From an uncultured Caldilineaceae bacterium (lineage in GTDB: Bacteria > Chloroflexota > Anaerolineae > Caldilineales > Caldilineaceae), in assembly GCA_964467575.1 (NCBI GenBank), contig CAYXRG010000001.1, forward strand, positions 42,652 through 106,651: a stretch of 64,000 nt of DNA. Direction: 5' to 3'. Both the position numbers and the translations under genes were made by a program. Shown here one piece after another: positions 8,824 to 17,645 of the stretch. The number at the start of each line of letters is the position of its first letter. Positions within the stretch are counted from its first letter, which is position 1. Below the pieces are notes generated by a model. It saw only the letters and a list, made by a program, of their open reading frames with translations. It was not told where the DNA came from and did not search any database.

Positions 8824-9168
8824 ACAAAGAAGCAATACAATTTGCACCTGTTCGCTCCCTTTTTTACGGGCGCATTCTCGTCATAACGCACCCATCGTCC
8901 GCTATTCGATCAGATTGAGGCCCCGACCTCAGTGCCGATGTTCTATAATCTCTTTACGCGATTCCCAGCGAACGTTCCAGAGCGACGGCCCGGACTCGTC
9001 TAAGCAGTCCTCCGCCCTTCTTGGCATATCGCTGCTGTTCACCGCTCCACACAGAAGTTCCACAGAGGAGGTTACAAACCGTAGAGATCGGAACGTTTTC
9101 GGTATGGCTGTTCAATTGTGACGCGAATCAACCTGTCACATCACCAAGACGCAAAGGAGATTGGTACC

Positions 9169-10530
9169 ATGAAACAGCTTTCACGACGTCACTTCTTGCA
9201 GATGGCGGGCCTCACCGCCGGCGCCACCCTGTTGGCTGCCTGCCCGGCGCCGGTCGCCCCATCTGCGCCTGCTGCGGAAGGTGGAGCCGCCCCGGCCGCT
9301 GAAGTAAAAGTCCTTGAAGCTTGGTCGCGCATGACCGACGTATCAGCCGAATCGATCCAGGGTATCATCGAAAACTACAACGCGTCTAACGAGATCGGCG
9401 CTCAGGTCGAGTTTGTCTATGTCGCCCAAACTCAGGACAGCCAGGCCGACGAGAAACTGCTCACTGCAGTCGCCGGCGGCAACCCGCCTCCGCTCTACTA
9501 CGCTGACCGTTTCACCGTCCCGCAGTTTGCCCATCAGGGCTTCTTCACCAACATCAAAGATCAGGCTGACGCCGTAGGTGTGACCGCTGACCTATACTAC
9601 GACTTCGCTTGGAATGAGACGGTCTATAAGGACGGCGTGTATGCGCTTTCCTTCGACACAGACACGCGTGCCCTGTGGTACAACAAGGACATCTTCGAGG
9701 AAGTCGGGCTTGATCCGGAAGCGCCGCCCACCAATCTCGAAGAGTTGCGGACGCTGACAGAAGCGCTGACCGAGCGCGGTCCGAGCGGCGCCATCACTCG
9801 CTATGGCATCAATCCGCTCTATGACCAGGCCTGGCTCTACACTTGGGGCTTCGCCTTCCGCGGCGAATTCCAGGACCCGGAGACCAAGCGCATCACCTTC
9901 GCCCATCCCAACAACATCGCCAGCATGGAATTCGTCAAGGCGTTTGTCGAAGAGATCGGCGTCGAGGATATTGATGCAATGTTGGCGGCGTGCGCCGGCG
10001 GCGCCTGCAGCGGCCCCAATGACTACTTCTGGACAGGCCAGTCGGCCATGGTCGTTAGCGGCGACTGGAAGGTAGCCCAGCAGAAGCGCTACAAGCCAGA
10101 CACCAACTACGGCGTCGTGCCCATGCCCGGCCCCGACGGCCCCGCACCGCATGCAAGCTGGGCTGGCGGCTGGAGCTGGTGCATCCCGATGGGTTGGGAA
10201 GACGTCGCCACCGCCTTCGACGCTCTATTCTACTTCTGCGGCCCCATCGGCCAAGAGAAGTACAACAAGGACACCTATCACATCCCGACCCTCAAGTCGG
10301 TCGCCGAGGATCCTTACTTCTCCGAAGACCCGCTGCATGCCGTCTTCATGGACTTGCTGCCCGTCTCCCATTCGCGCCCGCCGATCCCCTTCGGCTCCAA
10401 GCTGTGGGACCTGCAGGTCAAAGCCTTCCGCGATGAAATTCCGCACGGCCTCAAGACTCCTGAGCAGGCGCTGACGGACATCGACGACGAGATCAACAGG
10501 GACCTCGAGGAAGCCGGTTTCTTCGAATAG
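9169..10530 (+). CDS. ABC transporter sugar-binding lipoprotein (family 1 extracellular solute-binding protein)
   Basis: ATG at 9169 preceded by an AAGGAGA RBS. Twin-arginine signal plus lipobox: RRHFLQMAGLTAGATLLAAC. Length and composition are typical of carbohydrate SBPs. The ORF-track start at 9118 is rejected. Confidence 0.85.
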   Translation: MKQLSRRHFLQMAGLTAGATLLAACPAPVAPSAPAAEGGAAPAAEVKVLEAWSRMTDVSAESIQGIIENYNASNEIGAQVEFVYVAQTQDSQADEKLLTAVAGGNPPPLYYADRFTVPQFAHQGFFTNIKDQADAVGVTADLYYDFAWNETVYKDGVYALSFDTDTRALWYNKDIFEEVGLDPEAPPTNLEELRTLTEALTERGPSGAITRYGINPLYDQAWLYTWGFAFRGEFQDPETKRITFAHPNNIASMEFVKAFVEEIGVEDIDAMLAACAGGACSGPNDYFWTGQSAMVVSGDWKVAQQKRYKPDTNYGVVPMPGPDGPAPHASWAGGWSWCIPMGWEDVATAFDALFYFCGPIGQEKYNKDTYHIPTLKSVAEDPYFSEDPLHAVFMDLLPVSHSRPPIPFGSKLWDLQVKAFRDEIPHGLKTPEQALTDIDDEINRDLEEAGFFE

Positions 10531-10580
10531 TCGGTACGCGGCGCGGGTAAAGCCCGCACCATCCTCCTGATATCTGTAAT

Positions 10581-10620
10581 TCAGAGACCGGAGCCGCTCA
10601 GAGGTTGCTCCGGTCTCTGA
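10581..10620 (+). terminator. perfect 14-bp stem hairpin between the binding-protein and permease genes
   Basis: TCAGAGACCGGAGC (10581-10594) and GCTCCGGTCTCTGA (10607-10620) with a 12-nt loop. No U-tract follows. It is likely an intercistronic attenuator or mRNA-stabilising element. Confidence 0.4.
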
Positions 10621-10647
10621 AGACAGCCGTGTAGATAAGGCAACATC

Positions 10648-11586
10648 ATGGCTACGACAGCAGCAAGCATCCCGCCTCGCTCATTTAGGCTCAAGCCGAG
10701 AACGCGCAACATTATCAATGGCCTGCTTTTTGCCTCCCCGTGGCTCATCGGCCTTGCCGCGTTTTGGATCTATCCGACGTTCGCGTCGGCATACTATAGC
10801 TTCACGAAGTTCAACGGCGTTCAAAATCCGCAATGGATCGGCTTCCAGAATTATGTGAAGCTCTTTACCAACGACCCCAACTTCTGGGACGCGGTCTACA
10901 ACACGTTCTATTTCGCTGCCGTCTCGATTCCGCTTGCCATCATTCTCGCCTTCGCGCTTGCCATGATGTTGAACACCAAGATTCGAGGCCAGGTCGTCTA
11001 TCGCACCATCTACTTTCTACCCACGTTGGTGCCCGAAGTGGCGCTTGCACTTGTCTGGGTGTACATGTTCACCCCTGTCTCCGGCATCATTAGCGCCCCA
11101 TTCCAGTACTTCGGCTATCGCGGGCCATGTTGGCTGACTTGTGAAGCGTGGTCGCGGCAGACGATCATCTTGCTTGCTCTGTGGATCATCGGCCAGCAGA
11201 TCATTCTCTATCTCGCCGGCCTGCAAGATGTGCCTCAGGATCTATACGACGCCGCCGATGTTGACGGGGCCAACCCGTGGCACAAATTCCGCAATGTAAC
11301 CGTGCCCATTATTACTCCCGTAATCTTCTTCCACCTCGTAACTTCGGTGATCGGCGCGCTCCAGTTCTTTGCAATACCCTATATTATGACCGGCGGCACT
11401 GGCTTCCCCGCCAACAGCACCCTGTTCTATTCGATCTACATGTATAAACAGGGCTTCCAATACTTCGAAATGGGCTATGCATCCGCTATGGCGTGGCTCT
11501 TGTTCATTGTCACGCTCATCATCACCCTGGTCATTTTCCGCACAGCGCGGCTCTGGGTGTTCTACTCCGGCGGGGAACAAGGCTAG
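10648..11586 (+). CDS. carbohydrate ABC transporter permease (MalF/UgpA-like)
   Basis: Six predicted TM segments and the EAA-loop motif LYDAADVDGANPWHKFRNVTVP. Confidence 0.9.
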   Translation: MATTAASIPPRSFRLKPRTRNIINGLLFASPWLIGLAAFWIYPTFASAYYSFTKFNGVQNPQWIGFQNYVKLFTNDPNFWDAVYNTFYFAAVSIPLAIILAFALAMMLNTKIRGQVVYRTIYFLPTLVPEVALALVWVYMFTPVSGIISAPFQYFGYRGPCWLTCEAWSRQTIILLALWIIGQQIILYLAGLQDVPQDLYDAADVDGANPWHKFRNVTVPIITPVIFFHLVTSVIGALQFFAIPYIMTGGTGFPANSTLFYSIYMYKQGFQYFEMGYASAMAWLLFIVTLIITLVIFRTARLWVFYSGGEQG

Positions 11587-11637
11587 TCATCGTAGATCTG
11601 ACCATACGCATATCGGGACGGAAGAGAGAGCGTTCAT

Positions 11638-12531
11638 ATGACAGCACAGTCACAGACAGCGCAAAGCGGCGTGAGGTCCAGGCGCACCGGCATAACGCGC
11701 AAGCAGATCAAGAGGGTCATCCGTACGATCTTGATCCATGCCATGCTGATCCCAATGGCATTCATCTTCATGCTGCCCTTCCTGTGGATGCTGTCTACCT
11801 CGCTCAAGCCCGACACCCAGTTCTATGCCTACCCGCCGGTATGGATCCCCAGCCCGTTGCAGTGGTCGAACTACCCCGACGCGGTAACCTACATTTCGTT
11901 CTTTCTCTATCTGCGCAACACCCTGACGATCGCTGTTCTCGCCACCATCGGCTCCCTCATCTCGTGTTCGCTCGTCGCCTATAGCCTGGCGCGTATCCCC
12001 TGGCCTGGCCGCAATTTCCTGTTTATCTTCACCGTGGCGACCTTGATGCTGCCCTTCCAGGTCACCCTGATCCCGCTGTTCGTGGTTTATTCCAAACTGG
12101 GGTGGGTGAACTCCTTCCTTCCGCTAATCGTTCCGCACTGGTTTGGCGGGGCGCTCTACATCTTCCTATTGCGCCAGTTCTTTATGACCATTCCTATGGA
12201 GCTTTCCGAAGCGGCGCGCATCGACGGAGCGGGCGAGTTTCGCATCTACTGGCGCGTGATTCTACCTCTTGCAAAGGCGGCCCTCGCCACCGTCGCTATT
12301 TTCGAGTTTATTGCCCGCTGGCGCGACTATCTTGGCCCGCTGATCTACCTAACGAATCAGAAACTCTTCACCTTGTCGTTAGGCATCCACCAGTATCGTT
12401 CTCAATATGGGGCGGAGTGGGGGATGTTGATGGCTGCCTCCGTTCTGATCACGCTTCCTATCATTCTGCTTTTCTTCTTCCTACAAAAGACCTTTGTCCA
12501 AGGAATTGCCCTCACCGGCATCAAGGGTTGA
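11638..12531 (+). CDS. carbohydrate ABC transporter permease (MalG/UgpE-like)
   Basis: TM-rich protein with the EAA-loop motif LSEAARIDGAGEFRIYWRVILP. Confidence 0.9.
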   Translation: MTAQSQTAQSGVRSRRTGITRKQIKRVIRTILIHAMLIPMAFIFMLPFLWMLSTSLKPDTQFYAYPPVWIPSPLQWSNYPDAVTYISFFLYLRNTLTIAVLATIGSLISCSLVAYSLARIPWPGRNFLFIFTVATLMLPFQVTLIPLFVVYSKLGWVNSFLPLIVPHWFGGALYIFLLRQFFMTIPMELSEAARIDGAGEFRIYWRVILPLAKAALATVAIFEFIARWRDYLGPLIYLTNQKLFTLSLGIHQYRSQYGAEWGMLMAASVLITLPIILLFFFLQKTFVQGIALTGIKG

Positions 12532-12563
12532 TCCCTCACGCACAACGTCACGAACGGCTTTTC

Positions 12564-12597
12564 GTACGTCAAGCGTCAAGTATGGCGCTTGACGTAC
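12564..12597 (+). promoter_or_regulatory. 12-bp perfect inverted repeat (GTACGTCAAGCG, 10-nt spacer, CGCTTGACGTAC) ahead of the second Gfo/Idh/MocA gene
   Basis: Read directly. GCTTGACG occurs a third time at 12615-12622. It could be an operator or an intercistronic hairpin. Confidence 0.3.
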
Positions 12598-12652
12598 TAC
12601 ATATTTCGATTCACGCTTGACGCGCCACTCCTCAATTGAAAGGCCCCAACAT

Positions 12653-13885
12653 ATGAGCCATGATCATCTTCGCCTCGCCTTCATCGGCTGCGGCAACATT
12701 GCCCGCCGCCATATCGTCGCCATGAAGGACCTCGTCGACCGCGGGCGCGGCGGCTTCCAGGTAGTAGCCCTCTGCGACGCCAACCTTGATTCCGCACACG
12801 CCCTGGCGCAGACCGTCAAAGAGCAATTGGACGGCGCGCCTACCGTATACACCTCATACGAGGAGATGCTCTCCGCGGAAAAGCTCGACGGCGTGGATAT
12901 CTGTCTGCCGCATGGCTTGCACCACACTGTCGCCATCGCCTGTATGGAAGCCGGCGTCGACGTCCTCTGTGAGAAACCCATCGGCGTCTCCGTCCGCGCC
13001 GGGCGTTTGATGGAGCAAGCTGCCGAGCGAACAGGACGGATTCTCTCAATCGCCGTGCCGCACCGCCGCCAACCGGGCCAGCGCGTCGCACATTGGGCGC
13101 TAAACCAGTCCGGCTTGATGGGTTCGCCGCTCACCTTTTTCCACCACTATACCCGCCCGCCGGAACCGCGCGACCCCAACCAACCGCTGCCCCCACGCGT
13201 CGTCTGGCGGCGAAACCGTCTCATGTCCGGCGGCGGCATGACGCTGGATAGCGGCTTCCACTACTGCGATAGCATCCGCTATCTGCTGGGTGACGTCGAC
13301 AAGGTGTACGCAGAAATGCGCGAACTCCAGTCCGGTCGCCCTGTGCCTGTTTCCGAGCGTCCGGAGGACACCATCTATGTGACCTTCACCTTCAAGAGCG
13401 GGCTAGTAGGCGTATGGAACTGGAGCGTCGCCGCGCCGGGAGATGCGCGCGCCAGCGTCGTATTCTACGGCAGCGAAGGCTCGCTGGAGGATACAACACC
13501 CAGCCGCTTCCGCATCTTCCACCTCTTCGAGCGTCGCCCCGAACTGAATGAATCCGGCCAATTGGTTCGGCACGACGGCAGCGTGCTACAGATGCACGAA
13601 TTGGAGGCCCGGTACCGAGAGCAACTGAACGAGGCGCAAAGCGAACTGCTCTTCCCAGGCGGATCGACGGACGGCTTCGCCATCGAGATATGGGAATTCC
13701 TCGAACTCCTGCGCGGCAACCGCACACAGCCGGAGGTCGATGCCGCCGAGGGTATTCGTTCATTGGCCTTAGGCGATGCCATTTACGAATCCGCCTTCAC
13801 CGGCGATGTGGTGCGCGTGGATGACATCCTCTCTGGCGCACGTCGCACTTTCCAGGAATCTATTGACGAACACTGGGGCCTCTAG
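12653..13885 (+). CDS. Gfo/Idh/MocA-family oxidoreductase
   Basis: ATG at 12653 with GAAAGG upstream. Motifs include LRLAFIGCGNIARRH (Rossmann) and CEKPIG (EKP). Length is 410 aa. Confidence 0.9.
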   Translation: MSHDHLRLAFIGCGNIARRHIVAMKDLVDRGRGGFQVVALCDANLDSAHALAQTVKEQLDGAPTVYTSYEEMLSAEKLDGVDICLPHGLHHTVAIACMEAGVDVLCEKPIGVSVRAGRLMEQAAERTGRILSIAVPHRRQPGQRVAHWALNQSGLMGSPLTFFHHYTRPPEPRDPNQPLPPRVVWRRNRLMSGGGMTLDSGFHYCDSIRYLLGDVDKVYAEMRELQSGRPVPVSERPEDTIYVTFTFKSGLVGVWNWSVAAPGDARASVVFYGSEGSLEDTTPSRFRIFHLFERRPELNESGQLVRHDGSVLQMHELEARYREQLNEAQSELLFPGGSTDGFAIEIWEFLELLRGNRTQPEVDAAEGIRSLALGDAIYESAFTGDVVRVDDILSGARRTFQESIDEHWGL

Positions 13886-13902
13886 ACAAAAGGAGGAGAT
13901 GG

Positions 13903-14895
13903 ATGAAACTCGGAGTAGATGTCTTCAGCCTTCGCTTCAACGACTGGAGCGCGCATGAGCTACTCGACTATGCGCACAGTATCGGCGTCGACGTCGTGCA
14001 TTTCTCCGAAGTGCATTTCTTCGAGAGCCTAGACAGAAGCTATCTCGAACAGGTGAAACGCCATGCTGACGAGTTAGGTATCGGGATCGAGGTCGGCATG
14101 GCTTCGATCTGCCCCACGTCGACCACGTTCTCGCCTGCACGCGGGACCGCGAGCGAGCAGTTGGTAGAGATGCTCCACGTCGCCGCGCTTATGGAGTCGC
14201 CCGCGCTGCGCTGTTACATGGGCTCCAACGCCGACCGCCGCACTGATCTTCCCTTCGACGCTCACCAGGCAGCGACGGTCGAGACATTACAGTCGGTGCG
14301 CAGTCTCGCCCTTGAACTAGGCGTCAAGATCGCCATCGAAAATCACGCCGGTGACATGCAAGGACGAGAGTTGGCTGCGCTCATTGAACGGGCGGGTCCC
14401 GACTTCGTGGGCGCGTGCATCGACACGGGCAACCCCCTCTGGGTAGCGGAAAGCCCCTTCGTCACGTTGGAACACGTAGCGCCCTATGTCCTCATGTGTC
14501 ATGTGCGCGACACCGCGCTCTGGCGCCATCCGCTTGGAGCTGTAGCCCAGTGGGTAGCCATCGGCGAAGGGACGATCGGCATCGACGAGTGGACGCACGT
14601 CTTCCGCCAACGCTGCCCCGACGCCATCTACACGCTGGAGGTTATCACCAGCCTGGCGCCGCGTGTGCTCAACTACCTAGAGCCGGAGTTCTGGTCCGTA
14701 TACCCGCACACGCCCGCTGCGGAGTTCGCTCGCTTCCTGCAACTCGTCGAAACGGGTCGCCCCTACACCAAGCCGATCCTGACCGCCGACGCGGCCTCTA
14801 TGCCGCCCGAATATCGCGCCGCCCTGGCGCGGCAACAGCGCACCAAACTTGAGCAGAGCGTCCGTTACTGTCGCGATGTCCTGCAGATCGTCTGA
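13903..14895 (+). CDS. sugar phosphate isomerase/epimerase (xylose-isomerase-like TIM barrel)
   Basis: Family pattern: KIAIENHAG, CIDTGN and HVRD. The start lies 17 nt after the preceding Gfo gene and has a GGAGGAG RBS. Confidence 0.8.
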   Translation: MKLGVDVFSLRFNDWSAHELLDYAHSIGVDVVHFSEVHFFESLDRSYLEQVKRHADELGIGIEVGMASICPTSTTFSPARGTASEQLVEMLHVAALMESPALRCYMGSNADRRTDLPFDAHQAATVETLQSVRSLALELGVKIAIENHAGDMQGRELAALIERAGPDFVGACIDTGNPLWVAESPFVTLEHVAPYVLMCHVRDTALWRHPLGAVAQWVAIGEGTIGIDEWTHVFRQRCPDAIYTLEVITSLAPRVLNYLEPEFWSVYPHTPAAEFARFLQLVETGRPYTKPILTADAASMPPEYRAALARQQRTKLEQSVRYCRDVLQIV

Positions 14896-14936
14896 GCCAA
14901 CCGCCTAGCCCATACACTATATAATGAGGTGAACCC

Positions 14937-17636
14937 ATGCCCAAGCCGCGCAAAATTCGCGCCCACTACGTACTTAGCACACACTGGGACCGCGAATGGT
15001 ACCAATCCTTTCAAAATTTCCGCTTTCAGCTCGTCCGTCTACTGGACCGTGTCGTCGACGGGCTAGAGGACGGCCGTCTCCAAGGCCCGTTCCAAACCGA
15101 CGGACAGGCCATCATCCTTGAGGACTACCTCGAAATCAGGCCAGATAAGCGCAGCAAGCTCGAAGAGTTGGCGCAAGCGGGCCGCATGGTGATCGGCCCG
15201 TGGTATGTTCTCCCCGATGAGTTCCTCGTCTCCGGCGAGTCGTTGGTGCGCAATCTGCGCCTCGGTCGCAGCATCGCCCGCAGTTACGGCGTGGAACCGT
15301 CCAACGCAGGCTTCGTCTGCGACCTATTCGGCCACAATAGCCAGATGCCCCAAATCCTCGCCGGGTTCGGCATCAACGGCGGGCTCATCTGGCGCGGCAT
15401 CAACCACCTTCAGTCACGACACGTTCGTTGGCGCTCGCCGGACGGCACCGAGTTGCTCGCCTACCGTTTTCCTGTGGGCGGCTACTGCGACTTCGCCTTT
15501 CAGGTGCGCCACGCGCGCGACTACGAAACGCCGACCACAGCCGCTCGCGTCGCCGAGGACCTGCGCGCCTATCTGCGCCACGAAGCCGAGCATACCGAAG
15601 TCGACCCAATCCTGCTCTTCGACGGCGGCGATCACGAGGAGTGGGACCAGCAAGTCTATGCCGCCATGCTCGATTACGCGGGCAAGGAGGATGAGTTTGA
15701 GATCGTCCACACCAGTCTCGACGCCTATCTTGCCGAGGCGATTCCCCAGGCCAGCCGCGTAGGCGCCGTGGTCGAAGGCGAGCTGCGCGAGCCGGGCACG
15801 CTTCTCTATGATCAGCAGTGGGTGATCCCCGGCGTCCTCTCCAGCCGCGTCTGGATCAAGCAGCTAAACGCGCTGTGCGAGACCTCGCTCTGCACCTGGG
15901 CGGAGCCGACCGCAGCATGGGCGCATCTACAACTAGGCCATGAGGTTCCCCAGGGCTTCTTGGACACCGCATGGAAATGGCTGCTTCAGAATCATCCCCA
16001 TGACTCGATCTGTGGCTGCAGCATCGACGTGGTGCACGAAGACATGAAGTACCGCTTCAGCCAATGCCAACAGATCACCGAACGTCTCACCGTGGAGGCA
16101 ACGCGCAGCCTCGCCGCCAACGTCTCGGGCGGAGTGGGCGACGACGAACTGCGCGTCGTCGTATTCAACCCGCTCACAACCCCCATATCTGCGACCACCG
16201 AGTTGGACCTTCAGATTCCTGTGGACTGGCCGACGTTCAACGAATTCTTTGGGTTCGAGCCGAAACCCTCATTCCGCATCTACGGGCCTGACGGAGAAGA
16301 GATCCCGTACCAGCGCCTGCGCCAGACCAAGAATCGCTTGAAGGGCCGCATCTACGAAACTAAGTTCCCGGTAACGTACCGCACCCATGACGTGCTCGTC
16401 TCGCTGCCGCTCGACATCCCCGCTTCCGGCTATACGACATTGACCGTACGCGCAGGCGGTAAACGAGAGCCGACCCGTTATCCGGTCGTTCCGGGCATGG
16501 CGACGAGCGAACGCTCGATGGCGAACGAGCATCTCGCCGTAGCAATCCAGCCCAACGGCTCGCTCACCATGCGCGACAAACGCACCGGCGCCATCTACGA
16601 ACGGCTGCTGACCTTCGAAGACATTGCCGACATCGGCGACGGTTGGTATCACGGTATGGCCGTCAACGACCAGACTTTCACGTCGACTGCCAGCTCGGCG
16701 GCTGTTGCCCTTGTTCACGACGGCCCGCAGCTAACCACTTTCTACATCCGCACCGTGATGCAGACGCCGCACCGCTTCGTGTTTGGCGATGAGATGCAGC
16801 GTTCGCCGGAACTAGTCGACCTGGTGATCGAAAACTGGATCAGCCTGCGCCCAGGAGCCGCGCACCTGGAGGTTGAGACGGCAGTCCATAACGTTGCCGA
16901 GGATCACAGGCTGCGCGTCCTCTTCCCCAGCGGCGCACAGACCGACACGTACCTGGCCGACAGCCCATTCGACGTTGTTGAACGGCCCATCGCCCTTAGC
17001 AGTGACAACCATCTCTTCCGCGAGTTGGAAGTCGAAACCAAACCGCAGCAGATGTGGACTGCCGTTTTCGACAACGACCGCGGTCTAGCGGTGGTCAGCA
17101 CCGGCTTGCTCGAAAGCGCTATCCGCGATACCCCGGAGCGCACACTGGCCTTGACCCTGCTGCGCAGCACCAGAACCACCGTCGGCACGGATGGCGAACC
17201 GAACGGGTTGCTACTCGGCACATCCAAGTTCCGCTACTGGATCGCGCCGCTGACCGGCGCACCGGATCGCGTTTCCCTCTTCCGGATGGGCCAGCAGCTT
17301 GCCGCCGGCCTGTACGACGTCCAACTCCGTCCAGAAGACATAGCGCTGCATCAGGAGAGCGGTAGACTGCCTGCGGCTGCTTCGTTCCTACGCGTCGATG
17401 GAGATGTTGTGGTCACCAGCGCGCGCATGGTCGACGGCGGCTTCGAGATGCGTTCCTTCAATCCCACCGATCAGCCCGCGGAGGTTGCGATCAGCTTTGG
17501 CAACGACATCCGCTTTTCGCACCTCCAATTTGTCAATTTGGAGAGTAGCCCACTTGACAGACCGGTCCAGATTACCGATAGTATGGCGGTCGTCACGCTC
17601 GAACCGAGAAAGATAGCTACTTACCGATTCCAATAA
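14937..17636 (+). CDS. glycoside hydrolase family 38 alpha-mannosidase (cytoplasmic, MngB/mannosylglycerate-hydrolase-like size)
   Basis: The N-terminal HYVLSTHWDREWY (HxDxxW) and GPWYVLPDEFL motifs are hallmark GH38. Length is 899 aa. No signal peptide is present. Confidence 0.85.
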   Translation: MPKPRKIRAHYVLSTHWDREWYQSFQNFRFQLVRLLDRVVDGLEDGRLQGPFQTDGQAIILEDYLEIRPDKRSKLEELAQAGRMVIGPWYVLPDEFLVSGESLVRNLRLGRSIARSYGVEPSNAGFVCDLFGHNSQMPQILAGFGINGGLIWRGINHLQSRHVRWRSPDGTELLAYRFPVGGYCDFAFQVRHARDYETPTTAARVAEDLRAYLRHEAEHTEVDPILLFDGGDHEEWDQQVYAAMLDYAGKEDEFEIVHTSLDAYLAEAIPQASRVGAVVEGELREPGTLLYDQQWVIPGVLSSRVWIKQLNALCETSLCTWAEPTAAWAHLQLGHEVPQGFLDTAWKWLLQNHPHDSICGCSIDVVHEDMKYRFSQCQQITERLTVEATRSLAANVSGGVGDDELRVVVFNPLTTPISATTELDLQIPVDWPTFNEFFGFEPKPSFRIYGPDGEEIPYQRLRQTKNRLKGRIYETKFPVTYRTHDVLVSLPLDIPASGYTTLTVRAGGKREPTRYPVVPGMATSERSMANEHLAVAIQPNGSLTMRDKRTGAIYERLLTFEDIADIGDGWYHGMAVNDQTFTSTASSAAVALVHDGPQLTTFYIRTVMQTPHRFVFGDEMQRSPELVDLVIENWISLRPGAAHLEVETAVHNVAEDHRLRVLFPSGAQTDTYLADSPFDVVERPIALSSDNHLFRELEVETKPQQMWTAVFDNDRGLAVVSTGLLESAIRDTPERTLALTLLRSTRTTVGTDGEPNGLLLGTSKFRYWIAPLTGAPDRVSLFRMGQQLAAGLYDVQLRPEDIALHQESGRLPAAASFLRVDGDVVVTSARMVDGGFEMRSFNPTDQPAEVAISFGNDIRFSHLQFVNLESSPLDRPVQITDSMAVVTLEPRKIATYRFQ

Positions 17637-17645
17637 AAGGACAAG

